From: an archaeon
GTDB taxonomy: Archaea > Aenigmatarchaeota > Aenigmatarchaeia > GW2011-AR5
Assembly (NCBI GenBank): GCA_035289405.1
Contig: DATDXH010000092.1
Location: 1-27,857, forward strand
Reading direction: 5' to 3'
Length of the DNA stretch: 27,857 nt
Shown: positions 8,480 through 17,977 of the stretch, one piece after another
Position numbering within the stretch: position 1 is the first letter of the stretch
How the letters are laid out: every line of letters begins with the position of its first letter
Program-made: the position numbers and the translations under genes
Notes under the pieces: model-generated
What the model was told of the DNA's origin: nothing
Seen by the model: only the letters and a program-made list of their open reading frames with translations
Databases searched by the model: none

Positions 8480-9199
8480 ATGAAAGATTTTATGTCTGTC
8501 GTAATACCTGCCTATAACGAGGAGCAGAATATAAAAAGGATACAGGATGAACTCATGCCAGTTATGAAAAGTATGCCACTGACTTACGAGATTATAGTAG
8601 TCGACGATGGTTCTACCGACAATACTTATAATGAGGCCCTGAAAATTTCAAAGACAAATAAAAAAGTCCGGATAGTAAGACACAAGAGGAACATGGGCCT
8701 TGCAGCGGCCACACGTACTGGCATAAAAAGTTCTCGAGGCAATATTTCAGTTTTTCTGGATTCTGATTTTACCTTTCATCCCAGCGAGATGCCTAAACTT
8801 TATAAAAAATATAAAGAAACTGGTTGCGATTGCGTTGTCGGCTCCCATTTTGGCCCGAGTGGCGATCCTGATCTATTGTTCCACAGGCTTGTATTGAGCA
8901 AAGGCGTTAACAAGCTTTACAGCACATTTCTTGGCAAAAAGATATCCACAATAAGCTCCATTTTTCGTCTTTACAAAACAGCCGAAATAAAGAAACTCAA
9001 GCTAAACAGCAAGGGATTTGACATATGCGCTGAAATCCTTGTCAGGATGATACAAAATAAATGCCACATAGAGGAGGTTCCGGTAAGGCTGACTACTAGG
9101 ATATATGGCGAGTCAAAGCTTAACAACAGGAAAGAATTTGTAAATCATATTAAGATGCTCTCTAAGGTGGCGTCGTGGAAGATAAAGGGAAAACAATGA
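8480..9199 (+). CDS. GT2 polyprenol/dolichol-phosphate sugar synthase-like glycosyltransferase
   Basis: SVVIPAYNEE, VDDGSTD, DSD motif, GESKL. GTGAT upstream of ATG 8480; ATGA overlap with the next gene. Confidence 0.88.
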   Translation: MKDFMSVVIPAYNEEQNIKRIQDELMPVMKSMPLTYEIIVVDDGSTDNTYNEALKISKTNKKVRIVRHKRNMGLAAATRTGIKSSRGNISVFLDSDFTFHPSEMPKLYKKYKETGCDCVVGSHFGPSGDPDLLFHRLVLSKGVNKLYSTFLGKKISTISSIFRLYKTAEIKKLKLNSKGFDICAEILVRMIQNKCHIEEVPVRLTTRIYGESKLNNRKEFVNHIKMLSKVASWKIKGKQ

Positions 9200-10740
9200 A
9201 ATCCCCAAAAATAGCTAATTGGCACATACTAATCTTGATACTTATTTTTGCATTAATTTTAAGACTCCCTGGCATAAGCGCAAATTTTACCGGCGATGAG
9301 ATAGATACAGTTGGTCCTGCAAGGAACTTTGTTGTTGCTGGAGATTTCAGAGCGTTTGATACGGCACATGGACCATCTTATAATTTCACACACCCTCCTG
9401 TAAGGACGCTTCTGTATTCTTACTGGGCACTCATGTTCGGGTTTTCAGATATAGCCTTGAGATTGGTTTCAATAGTGTTTGATATATTTTTTATTGTTGT
9501 AGTTTTTTTAATTGCTAAAAGTGTCTATTCTGAAAAAGTCAGCATCATTGCTGCCGGACTAGCTGCCGTTTCAAGATATTCTATATGGTTTGCTGACACA
9601 GCCAGCGTTGATACTGGGCATTTTTTGTTCACGACGTCAGCAGCGGTCTTGTTCTTCCTTATTTATGTAAAAAATGACGACAAAAGATATCTTGGAACAT
9701 CTTTTATTTTCCTTCTCGTAAGCATGCTGACAAAATTTAGTACAATCATAATTTTTATACCTATTATCGTTGGGGCATATTTTTACAAAAAAAGTACAGT
9801 TGGTGCAGTTTTAATTGTATCGGCTCTCTTATGTACAATATTTTTCATGTTTGTGATTTCTTCTATATTTAACAACGGTCAGATGTTTGAAGAGCCTCTC
9901 AAGGTATTTTTAGAGTACTCAAGTAGCAGCTCCCCAAGTATTGGCGAATACCTGTTTAATAAAGTATTCAAGGTTGCGACAATATCGTGGCAGATGACAC
10001 CATTCTTCGCCATAATGGTCTTTGCGGCCATTTATACACTTAAAAAAACGAAGGATTTCTTCATCATGGCATGTTGGCTAATTTTAGGGTTTTTTATTGT
10101 ATTTGTGCCGTATGGTCAAGATTCACAGAGATATTTTGGTGTAGCACTGACCCCTGCTTACATACTTGTAGCCAAATACATTGAGTCATTTGATTTCAGG
10201 AACAAGGTCATGTTACTATCGGTATTAGCTACTGTCGCTATCTCTTTATTTATTGGGCTCAATGACTTGATGGGATATTATGCTCCAGCTTACCTTGGAA
10301 TATTCTACATAGCGGCAGTTTTGCCTATAATGCACAGGAAATATATGAAACCTGTCCTTATGGGAGGATTCTTGGGGCTTAGCCTGTTTTTTGCACTTAC
10401 ACACGCCAGTAATTTGTACATAGTGTCAGACTCGGTTGATGCGTTGTCAAAAAATGTAATTGATAACAATTACATGTACAAGGAAGTATGGGCGAGCAAA
10501 GACATAGCCTACTATATAACCCCAAAAAATGAAACGGTCTACCTAAATTTAATACCAGATATAAACTTCTTCACTATGGAAAATCTAAGAGAGAACAATG
10601 TCATGTATATAGCATTTTATTCAACTCCAGACGAGAATAAAATTATCGAAGCGGCAGAATTTTGTTTGGATGCATACACTTACAGTTCTTACGGACATAC
10701 AATAGGCTTCGTATGCCGTGTAGATCAAGGCAAGCTTTAG
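9196..10740 (+). CDS. GT-C (ArnT/PMT-like) membrane glycosyltransferase
   Basis: Many TM segments; first loop GDEIDT...HPP, then LRLVS and KFS motifs typical of GT-C. Confidence 0.8.
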   Translation: MKSPKIANWHILILILIFALILRLPGISANFTGDEIDTVGPARNFVVAGDFRAFDTAHGPSYNFTHPPVRTLLYSYWALMFGFSDIALRLVSIVFDIFFIVVVFLIAKSVYSEKVSIIAAGLAAVSRYSIWFADTASVDTGHFLFTTSAAVLFFLIYVKNDDKRYLGTSFIFLLVSMLTKFSTIIIFIPIIVGAYFYKKSTVGAVLIVSALLCTIFFMFVISSIFNNGQMFEEPLKVFLEYSSSSSPSIGEYLFNKVFKVATISWQMTPFFAIMVFAAIYTLKKTKDFFIMACWLILGFFIVFVPYGQDSQRYFGVALTPAYILVAKYIESFDFRNKVMLLSVLATVAISLFIGLNDLMGYYAPAYLGIFYIAAVLPIMHRKYMKPVLMGGFLGLSLFFALTHASNLYIVSDSVDALSKNVIDNNYMYKEVWASKDIAYYITPKNETVYLNLIPDINFFTMENLRENNVMYIAFYSTPDENKIIEAAEFCLDAYTYSSYGHTIGFVCRVDQGKL

Positions 10741-10742
10741 AC

Positions 10743-12239
10743 TCACTCAGTTTGCGCCATTTCGAATGTAGTTCCGGATTCCCACCCGAAGCTTCTTTTA
10801 ACCATCATGTCAAGGAATTTTATACTGGCAGTTTTCTCGAATTTATGCTTTTCCCAGTTCTTCTTGTAGTTTGCAGACAACGCGCGTATGAAGAACTTGG
10901 GGACTCTTGTGTTTCTAAGAACCTGGCAAAGCCGTTTTCCGTCGACAAATTTAGACGTGTACATTATTGTCTCTAGCATCTCTTTCTTGTCCTGTATCCA
11001 TGGCGTATAGGTCTGCTGCCTGCTGAAGGCCACCCATTCCTCCAGTGTTTTTGGCACTACAAATCCCTGCTGCACGGCGTAGTCGAACAGAGGCGCACCG
11101 AGGTACGGCACAAAGATGTAGAACTGTGTTATATGAGCGTTCCGGTTTTCTTTGACCAGTTGCAACGCAAGGTCAACGGTTTCCATGAGCTCCTCGTACG
11201 ATTCGCCTGGAAAGCCCATCATGAAATTGTAAAATGCCTTGATATTTGTTTGTGCGAGTTTTTTATTGGCCGCGATCATCGTCGCTTTGTTTTCAGCCTT
11301 GTTAATGAGTTTCAGTATACGGTCGCTGCCCGACTCAACGCCTGGCTCTACAACGCGCAGGCCCCCTTCCTCGAGTTTTTTCATGTCCGTAATTAACATG
11401 TTGTCCATACGTGCCTGCATGGACCAGCTGAATTCACCGTTAATCATTTCAGCTATTCTTTCAGCACGTCTTGGATTCGACGTGAAGTTCTCGTCGTAAA
11501 ATTTCACGACGTTGAGCTTGTACTTCTTTACCATCTTGCTTACACGTTCGTAGGCAAGCTCGGCTGTCATGCTCCTCCAATTCCCCTTGCTTATTCCTGC
11601 CGTGCTACAGAATGTGCATGTGTAAGGGCAGCCGCGGCTCGAGATAAAGGGCAGTGTTCGTTCCTTGGCGTCAAATGAAATTCCGCCGCTTTTCACATAA
11701 TTCTCAACGTCGACAAGATCGTACGGTATTTCCGGTATCTTGTTCGGATCTGGCGATTCCGCTCGCGGGTTCATTTTAATGGCGCCATTCTCTTTGTAGG
11801 CTATACCATTTACACTATCAAGTTTGGTTTTGCCGTCAAGCGCAGCCATTATGTTCTGCAGAACAAACTCGCCTTCGCCCACTACGATCATGTCGATTAG
11901 ATTATGGCCTATGGTCTGTTCTGGCATAAGGGTCGCATGCACGCCTCCCCATAGGACAACCGATTTTGAATTGTTCTTTACAGAGCGTGATATATCCAGT
12001 GCATATTTGAGTTGTGTCCCTGTCATCGATGGTATCAAAACAACGCGCGGCCCTTTTGACAGTTCATTAGAAAAATTGGATTCGAAGTTGTCGTCTACCC
12101 TCTGGTCTAGTATCTTTACGTTATAATCGGCGTGCAAAGTGGACACCGTAGACAGGAGGCCTAGCGGAAGCTCGACTGACGAATTCTTTATATCGTATCC
12201 CGTCTTCGGGTACACTCCTAAGATGTCTGCCATTTTCAT
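10743..12239 (-). CDS. B12-binding domain radical SAM enzyme 1
   Basis: N-terminal PLGL...GGVHAT...GEGE cobalamin-binding domain; SRGCPYTCTFC; GVESG; MMGFPGE. Start 12239 or 12233. Confidence 0.9.
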   Translation of the reverse strand: MKMADILGVYPKTGYDIKNSSVELPLGLLSTVSTLHADYNVKILDQRVDDNFESNFSNELSKGPRVVLIPSMTGTQLKYALDISRSVKNNSKSVVLWGGVHATLMPEQTIGHNLIDMIVVGEGEFVLQNIMAALDGKTKLDSVNGIAYKENGAIKMNPRAESPDPNKIPEIPYDLVDVENYVKSGGISFDAKERTLPFISSRGCPYTCTFCSTAGISKGNWRSMTAELAYERVSKMVKKYKLNVVKFYDENFTSNPRRAERIAEMINGEFSWSMQARMDNMLITDMKKLEEGGLRVVEPGVESGSDRILKLINKAENKATMIAANKKLAQTNIKAFYNFMMGFPGESYEELMETVDLALQLVKENRNAHITQFYIFVPYLGAPLFDYAVQQGFVVPKTLEEWVAFSRQQTYTPWIQDKKEMLETIMYTSKFVDGKRLCQVLRNTRVPKFFIRALSANYKKNWEKHKFEKTASIKFLDMMVKRSFGWESGTTFEMAQTE

Positions 12240-12250
12240 TATTACAATAG

Positions 12251-12270
12251 GCGAACTTTTAAGGTTTCTG
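12251..12270. promoter_or_regulatory. Bidirectional BRE/TATA promoter
   Basis: GCGAAC-TTTTAAGG on + toward ATG 12294; AGAAAC-CTTAAAAG on - toward ATG 12239/12233. Only about 55 bp separate the divergent starts. Confidence 0.55.
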
Positions 12271-12293
12271 TATAGTAGAAAGAATGACATCAT

Positions 12294-13772
12294 ATGGGAG
12301 TTGGCAAGAGGTTCTTTGGGCGTAATTACGGGCTTATTCTACTTGCCATTATTTTGGTAACAGCTTTTTTTCTCCGGTTTAACGACCTTTCATGGGAGAC
12401 ATATGGGTATGGAGAAGTTGAAATAAAGCAGGCCGCAGACGAATACGTAAAAGGAAATTTCGTGAATAATTTTTATATCTTTGATACGCCTCCGCTTAGC
12501 AAATATATGTTTGCATTGTCGATTGCAATTTTCGGGGCCTCGGAATCCGCATTGAGAATAGTGCCGCTTATTTTTGGCATGCTAACGATTGTGGCGATAT
12601 TCCTTGCAACAAGAAAAATGTACAATGAAAAGACGGCTTTGCTCGCCTCCGCAATAACGGCCTTTTCCATACTCCAAATAGAGTTCAGCCGATACGCGCA
12701 GCTAGAGACCATGTTAAGCTTTTTTTACGTTCTTACAGTATATTTCCTCTGGGGAGCTGTCAACAACAGGAAATATGCGTACGTCTTTTTCGGGCTATCA
12801 CTTGGCCTGTCAATTGCAATAAAATTCACGTCAGTTATAATCCTCGTCGGAGCGCTTGTTTACATATTATATACAAAACAAGTAAAATTCTCCATAAAAC
12901 CCAGCTTTTCAATTAGCATTAAAAACTGGATATTGAAGTCACTTGTCATAGCGCTAGCCGTTTTTATAGTATCATGGCCTTTCGGGTTTTCACAGCTTTA
13001 CATGTCTGCCGATATAAGTGTGAATTATGGCGGGCAAATAAGGGAACAGCATATAGAAGCCGACGCCCCAATAATGCTACTGTCTTTTGCCAGACGTATC
13101 TTTTCTAGCGTGGAGTCTGATGTTGTTTACCCTCTAGCAATGAAAATACCGATATTGAATTACTTTCTTCTTTATGCGGTAAGGGAGAGCCTACTATTTT
13201 TGGCGCTGCTTGTTGCTGGCATTTATTTCGCGGCCAGGAAGCCGCTGCAACAGGACAGACTGATAATAATATTTATTGTAACGTTCCTTGTACTGCTTTC
13301 GTTCCAGAGGACTCTCATATCATACCGCCATATAGTTCCTATGGTGCCTCTTCTTGCCATTATTTCATCCAGGTGGCTGACAAAATTAAGCAACAGTAAG
13401 CAGTTCGTGTCGATATCTGTAATAGGTTTAATACTTCTGCTGTACGCAGCCCTTTCCGGCACGTCTTATTCACTTTCATACAACCCGCTTAAGAATGTTC
13501 TTGGCGTCCCAGACTCGGAGTTCAGGTTTTCGGAAGGCATGCGAGAGACTATAGACTATGCCAAAGAAAATTGCGAGAGCGTTTTCACGAGCGACTATTA
13601 CAAGTTCATAATGGAGCCTTATTACGACAAATTCTCGCCTTCTGCGGAATGCGCTGTAAAGGGAATTAGCGGCACCGCCATGGTCGATGAATATGTTGTG
13701 TCGCATAGTTGCGTAATATCAAAAACAATAACCAAGAATTCTATAAGTCTTATCGAGATTTATTCGTGCTGA
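12294..13772 (+). CDS. GT-C (ArnT/PMT-like) membrane glycosyltransferase 2
   Basis: LRF...PPLSKY...LRIVP...SRYAQLE...KFT pattern with many TM helices. The usual DE and HPP residues read GE and TPP. Confidence 0.78.
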   Translation: MGVGKRFFGRNYGLILLAIILVTAFFLRFNDLSWETYGYGEVEIKQAADEYVKGNFVNNFYIFDTPPLSKYMFALSIAIFGASESALRIVPLIFGMLTIVAIFLATRKMYNEKTALLASAITAFSILQIEFSRYAQLETMLSFFYVLTVYFLWGAVNNRKYAYVFFGLSLGLSIAIKFTSVIILVGALVYILYTKQVKFSIKPSFSISIKNWILKSLVIALAVFIVSWPFGFSQLYMSADISVNYGGQIREQHIEADAPIMLLSFARRIFSSVESDVVYPLAMKIPILNYFLLYAVRESLLFLALLVAGIYFAARKPLQQDRLIIIFIVTFLVLLSFQRTLISYRHIVPMVPLLAIISSRWLTKLSNSKQFVSISVIGLILLLYAALSGTSYSLSYNPLKNVLGVPDSEFRFSEGMRETIDYAKENCESVFTSDYYKFIMEPYYDKFSPSAECAVKGISGTAMVDEYVVSHSCVISKTITKNSISLIEIYSC

Positions 13773-13774
13773 AG

Positions 13775-15130
13775 CTACTGGCTAAGTACCATACCCTTGA
13801 CTACTTTCAAGCCCGTCATGTTTTTCTTAAGCTCCGAGAAAGACCGGATCTTTGAGACCCTTCTTAAGATATACTTCGGGCGCATGTAAAATCTCCTGAA
13901 CGCTTCCCTATGAATTTCAAGCAACTCCTCGCGGTTCTTGTATCCGTGCGGCACGAAGACCGGCGACCATCCATGGTAATCCTTGAAATTCTTGTCCAAT
14001 GTGCCCCACTTTTCATAGTTGTCCCACAGCTGGGTGCCGGGATAGGGCGTTGTAATTGAAAATTGTGCGTAATCAGGATCCATTTCTATTGCAAGCTGGA
14101 TTGTCTTACGTGCAAGTTCGGGCGTTTCGCCGGGTAGCCCGACCATGAAGGAGCCCCTTATTTCTATCCCGGACTTTTTCACGAGCTTGACCGCTGCTTT
14201 CATCTGTTCCACTGTCATCTTCTTTGTTATGTTGTCCAGCAGCTCTTGCGCACCCGACTCTATACCGAAGAATATGTTCCAACATCCGGCCTTTTTCATC
14301 GCATGGAGCAACGGCTCGTCTATAAGATCCAGACGTGTATAACATGACCAAATTATACCTTCTTTTTCCATCTCCTTGCAGAACTCATGGGTCCATTTCT
14401 TGTTTATTGTCAGTATGTCGTCCCAGAAGGCAATTTCCTTTATCTTGTAAGTTTCTTTGAGTTGCCTTATCTCGGTCATCACGTTTGCAACACTCCTCTG
14501 CCTGAAAAGACCCATCGCGTCAAAGCAGAACGTGCATGTAAACGGGCAGCCCCTGCTGGTCACCATTTGGAACGTGCCAGGATCTTTTTTGTAAGTATTG
14601 GGAAGTGAGGAGTATTTTGACATATCAAGCAGGTGCCGCGCGGGCAGCGGCAAAGAATCGAGGTCCTTGACCTTGCCTGCGTTGACCACCCTAAGCTGCT
14701 TGTACTTGTCAAGATTGTTTACAATGTCAATTATTATATTGTCGGCCTCTTCCTGCACTATTATGTCAGCCCTTGTCGTTTGCGCAAGCTCTTTCGCCAT
14801 TATAGTCGCGTGCGGCCCGCCCAACAGCACTACGACATTCGGAAACTGGTTTTTAATCAGGTCACAAAGCTCCTTTGTAACGTCGGCAAGGGACGTTAAA
14901 GCGGCTATACCGACCAGCTCAGGCTGAAAATTCATTATTTCTGTTGTGATATCGCCTGCGCCATGGTTATTGACGGGACAGTCCATTATATGAACTTCAT
15001 GCCCCTCCCTCTCAAGGACGGCTGCCATGTAGCATAGGCCAAGCGGCGGCAGGAAACCCCCAATACCTTCCACGTTGTGGGCGTACCTTTCAGTAAGCGT
15101 TTGCGGCGGAAAAATTAGTAATACTCTCAT
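13775..15130 (-). CDS. B12-binding domain radical SAM enzyme 2
   Basis: PPLGLCYMAAVL, GGPHAT, SRGCPFTCTFC, GIESG, MVGLPGET, PYPGT. Confidence 0.92.
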   Translation of the reverse strand: MRVLLIFPPQTLTERYAHNVEGIGGFLPPLGLCYMAAVLEREGHEVHIMDCPVNNHGAGDITTEIMNFQPELVGIAALTSLADVTKELCDLIKNQFPNVVVLLGGPHATIMAKELAQTTRADIIVQEEADNIIIDIVNNLDKYKQLRVVNAGKVKDLDSLPLPARHLLDMSKYSSLPNTYKKDPGTFQMVTSRGCPFTCTFCFDAMGLFRQRSVANVMTEIRQLKETYKIKEIAFWDDILTINKKWTHEFCKEMEKEGIIWSCYTRLDLIDEPLLHAMKKAGCWNIFFGIESGAQELLDNITKKMTVEQMKAAVKLVKKSGIEIRGSFMVGLPGETPELARKTIQLAIEMDPDYAQFSITTPYPGTQLWDNYEKWGTLDKNFKDYHGWSPVFVPHGYKNREELLEIHREAFRRFYMRPKYILRRVSKIRSFSELKKNMTGLKVVKGMVLSQ

Positions 15131-15153
15131 GATTCATAGTAAGGTGTATACCT

Positions 15154-15894
15154 TTAAGAAATTGTCCCGGCACGATGCGGCGAGTATTTTTTGAGCCTTA
15201 ATTTTACGTAAAGCCTTGAAAGGTTATTCAACATATCCACTATATTGTCCACGATAAATACGTTGCTCTCTTTCCGTTCATACCAGTCTATAGGAATCTC
15301 ACATATCTTGTATCCCATTTTTTCCGCGTAGATGAGAAATTCGGTATCCCAGAACCAGCCTTTATTGCCTATATACGGAATTAGCTTTTTGGCCAGGGAT
15401 TTTCGGAAAGCTTTGTAGCCGCATTTCGTGTCACGCATACTTGTCCGAAAAAGCAACCTCAGCAATACAGAAAAACTTTTGCCTGCAAACGACCTGGCGA
15501 ACGACCTCCTGACTGTCGCGGCAGGGCTGTATCTGGACGTAATAACTATGTCGTATTTTTTCATTTTTTCAAGGACTTCTTCTGTTATATCGAGGCTTGT
15601 CGAGAGGTCGATGTCCATGAAAATTATTTTTTCGCCTTTTGACGCATGTATTGCCTTCTCAATGGCTCCGCCCTTTCCGAGCCTCTTATTGCTGTGTATA
15701 TGCCTTATTTCCTTGTATTTTTTGGCGAGCTGCTGGCATATCTCTGGAGTCCTGTCATTGCTCTCCTCTACTATGACTATCTCGTAGTTTTCACCATATT
15801 TTTTCCTTATAGAATCCATTTTCTTTTTTATCAACAGCGCATTTTTCCTTGCTAGCAGCTGTTCATTATACGCTGGGATTATTATTGACAGCAT
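15154..15894 (-). CDS. GT2 dolichyl-phosphate sugar synthase-like glycosyltransferase
   Basis: SIIIPAYNEQ, GKGGAI, FMDID, DTKCGYKAF, WFWDTE, EIPIDW. Start ATG 15894, TATA 31 nt upstream. Confidence 0.88.
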   Translation of the reverse strand: MLSIIIPAYNEQLLARKNALLIKKKMDSIRKKYGENYEIVIVEESNDRTPEICQQLAKKYKEIRHIHSNKRLGKGGAIEKAIHASKGEKIIFMDIDLSTSLDITEEVLEKMKKYDIVITSRYSPAATVRRSFARSFAGKSFSVLLRLLFRTSMRDTKCGYKAFRKSLAKKLIPYIGNKGWFWDTEFLIYAEKMGYKICEIPIDWYERKESNVFIVDNIVDMLNNLSRLYVKLRLKKYSPHRAGTIS

Positions 15895-15917
15895 CGAGAA
15901 ACCACACTTTTTCAAGG

Positions 15918-15925
15918 TTTATATA
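15918..15925 (-). promoter_or_regulatory. TATA box
   Basis: TATATAAA on the minus strand, 31 nt upstream of ATG 15894. Confidence 0.6.
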
Positions 15926-15945
15926 CATTTACCAAATAACGCTTT

Positions 15946-16091
15946 TATAGCTGTACAAGGGGACGGTAATGTTATTAGTTCCTTGTGAGCTATACATGGC
16001 TAAGCCGTGCTTAGCCTGTACAGGAAAACCGTTGGTTTTCCGTGTATGCGAACCCATAAAATATGTTGGGTTCTTTTATGGGTTAGCTATA
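15946..16091. repeat. Hairpin + Y-shaped twin hairpin + hairpin array between divergent genes
   Basis: 15946-15994 TATAGCT..ACAAGG / CCTTGT..AGCTATA; 15995-16044 GGCTAAGC-cgt-GCTTAGCC TGTACA GGAAAACC-gtt-GGTTTTCC; 16051-16084 AACCCATAAAA / TTTTATGGGTT ending AGCTATA. Confidence 0.85.
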
Positions 16092-16092
16092 A

Positions 16093-17034
16093 ATGACAAA
16101 TATTTTGATAACGGGCTGTGAGGGTTTCATAGGATCGTACATGGCAGAACTTATGCTTGAGAAGGGCCACAGCGTTTATGGCACGGTGTTCGGGTCTACA
16201 GAAAATATAGACCACCTAAAGGGTAAGATCAACATACTAAAGGTTGATATGTCCGACAAGGCCCAGATAGAAGACGCAGTCAAAAAATCCAGACCTGACA
16301 TAATTTTTCATCTTGCCGCCCAGAGCTACGTCCTGCCGTCGTGGCGGGACATTGAGGGGACACTAAATTTGAATGTCCTGGGCACGGTACACCTTTTTGA
16401 TGCGGTCAGAAAGACAGGCATAAATCCGGTGATAGTATTTGCAAGCTCCTCAGCGGGTTACGGGCTTACACACGAAGATGAAATACCCATAAAAGAGAAC
16501 AAAGAGTTAAGGCCGTCCTCTCCGTACGCCGTAAGCAAGATATCGGCCGACATGTTTTGCTACATATATTGGAGAGCATACGACATGAAAATCATACGCG
16601 CAAGAATTTTCAACACAATAGGACCAAGAAAAAAGGGCAATGCCATCTCGGATTTCGCACGGATGATTGTAGAAGTAGAAAAAGACCGGCGTGAAAAAAT
16701 AACCGTTGGAAATCTTGAGCCGGTTCTTGATTTGACTGACGTAAGGGACACGACGAATGCTTTGTGGACCCTTGCAAAAAGCGGTGCACACGGCGAAGCT
16801 TACAATATATGCTCGAGCAAGGGCCGCAAAATAAAGGATGTACTGAACATGATGATATCTCTTTCAAAAAAACCTATAAATATAGAGGTCGACCGGAAGA
16901 AATTCAGGCCGGCAGACGACCCAATATTTGTTGGGGACAACACAAAGCTCAGGGGCCTTGGCTGGGAACCAGAAATAATTATAGAGAAATCATTGAAAGA
17001 TACTCTGGATTATTGGAGGAAGGTAATTAAATGA
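16093..17034 (+). CDS. GDP-sugar SDR enzyme, Rmd-like, paralogue 2
   Basis: GCEGFIG, HLAAQSYV, SSSAGYG, YAVSK, VGNLEPVLDLTDVRD. Ala replaces the Glu of SSE, which fits a reductase or epimerase better than a dehydratase. Confidence 0.8.
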   Translation: MTNILITGCEGFIGSYMAELMLEKGHSVYGTVFGSTENIDHLKGKINILKVDMSDKAQIEDAVKKSRPDIIFHLAAQSYVLPSWRDIEGTLNLNVLGTVHLFDAVRKTGINPVIVFASSSAGYGLTHEDEIPIKENKELRPSSPYAVSKISADMFCYIYWRAYDMKIIRARIFNTIGPRKKGNAISDFARMIVEVEKDRREKITVGNLEPVLDLTDVRDTTNALWTLAKSGAHGEAYNICSSKGRKIKDVLNMMISLSKKPINIEVDRKKFRPADDPIFVGDNTKLRGLGWEPEIIIEKSLKDTLDYWRKVIK

Positions 17035-17969
17035 AAACGCTTGTTACGGGCGGGGCAGGATGTATAGGCTCCGAGGCCGTTTGCAGACTACTGGAACGGG
17101 GAAAGGTTGTCATAGTGGACAATCTCAGCAGCGGCAAAATCGAGCACATAGAAAAATTCCTAGATAACAAGGATTTCAGGCTGGTCGAGGCGGATATAAC
17201 GAGCGATGACCTTACAGGCCACCTCGATGGCGTCGACATGGTTTTTCATCTTGCCGCAAACCCGGACATAAAATTCTCAGCCGGAGACAGGACGGACAAA
17301 GATCTTAACCAGAATACCATAGCGACGTACAATGTTCTCGACGCCATGCAAAAAACTGGCGTGAAGAAAATTGCCTTCTCGTCGTCGTCGGTTGTCTACG
17401 GCAAGGCTGACAGGATACCGACACCCGAGAACTATGGACCACTAAAACCTACGTCACTTTATGGTGCCAGCAAACTTGCCTGTGAAGCCCTGGTCTCTGC
17501 GTATTGTAACATGTTCGGCATGCAGGGCTGGATATTCCGCTTTGCAAATATTGTAGGCGATAAAAGCAGGAAAAAAGGACGTACTGTTGTGTCAGATTTT
17601 ATATTCAAGCTTCGTAATGACCCTACACATCTGGAAATCCTCGGGGACGGCAGGCAGTCAAAATCTTATTTACTTGTGGACGAATGCGTTGACGGCATGA
17701 TTTTTGCAGTGGACCATTCAAACGACCCTGTGAACATATTCAATCTGGGGACAAAAGACGCCATAACCGTTGACGAGATAGCAAAAATAGTTATAAATGA
17801 AATGGGTTTAAAAAATGTGAAAATCTCCCATACGGGAAGCTCGGGCGGGTGGCCAGGCGACATTACAAATTTTTTACTGGACGTGACAAAACTAGAAAAA
17901 CTCGGATGGTCATCTCGCCACAATTCTGCCGAGTCTGTCAGAACATCTGCGAAAAGAATGCTTGGTTGA
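17031..17969 (+). CDS. NAD-dependent epimerase, archaeal UDP-glucose 4-epimerase-like
   Basis: GGAGCIG, DNLSSG, HLAANPD, SSSSVVYG, YGASK, DFIFKL, LGDGRQSKSY and GWPGD resemble characterised archaeal GalE; ATGA overlap with the upstream gene. Confidence 0.82.
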   Translation: MKTLVTGGAGCIGSEAVCRLLERGKVVIVDNLSSGKIEHIEKFLDNKDFRLVEADITSDDLTGHLDGVDMVFHLAANPDIKFSAGDRTDKDLNQNTIATYNVLDAMQKTGVKKIAFSSSSVVYGKADRIPTPENYGPLKPTSLYGASKLACEALVSAYCNMFGMQGWIFRFANIVGDKSRKKGRTVVSDFIFKLRNDPTHLEILGDGRQSKSYLLVDECVDGMIFAVDHSNDPVNIFNLGTKDAITVDEIAKIVINEMGLKNVKISHTGSSGGWPGDITNFLLDVTKLEKLGWSSRHNSAESVRTSAKRMLG

Positions 17970-17977
17970 CAACTCGG

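Noticed and set aside
15946-16091. Intrinsic terminators
   Set aside because: The hairpins lie between divergently transcribed genes and lack U-tracts.
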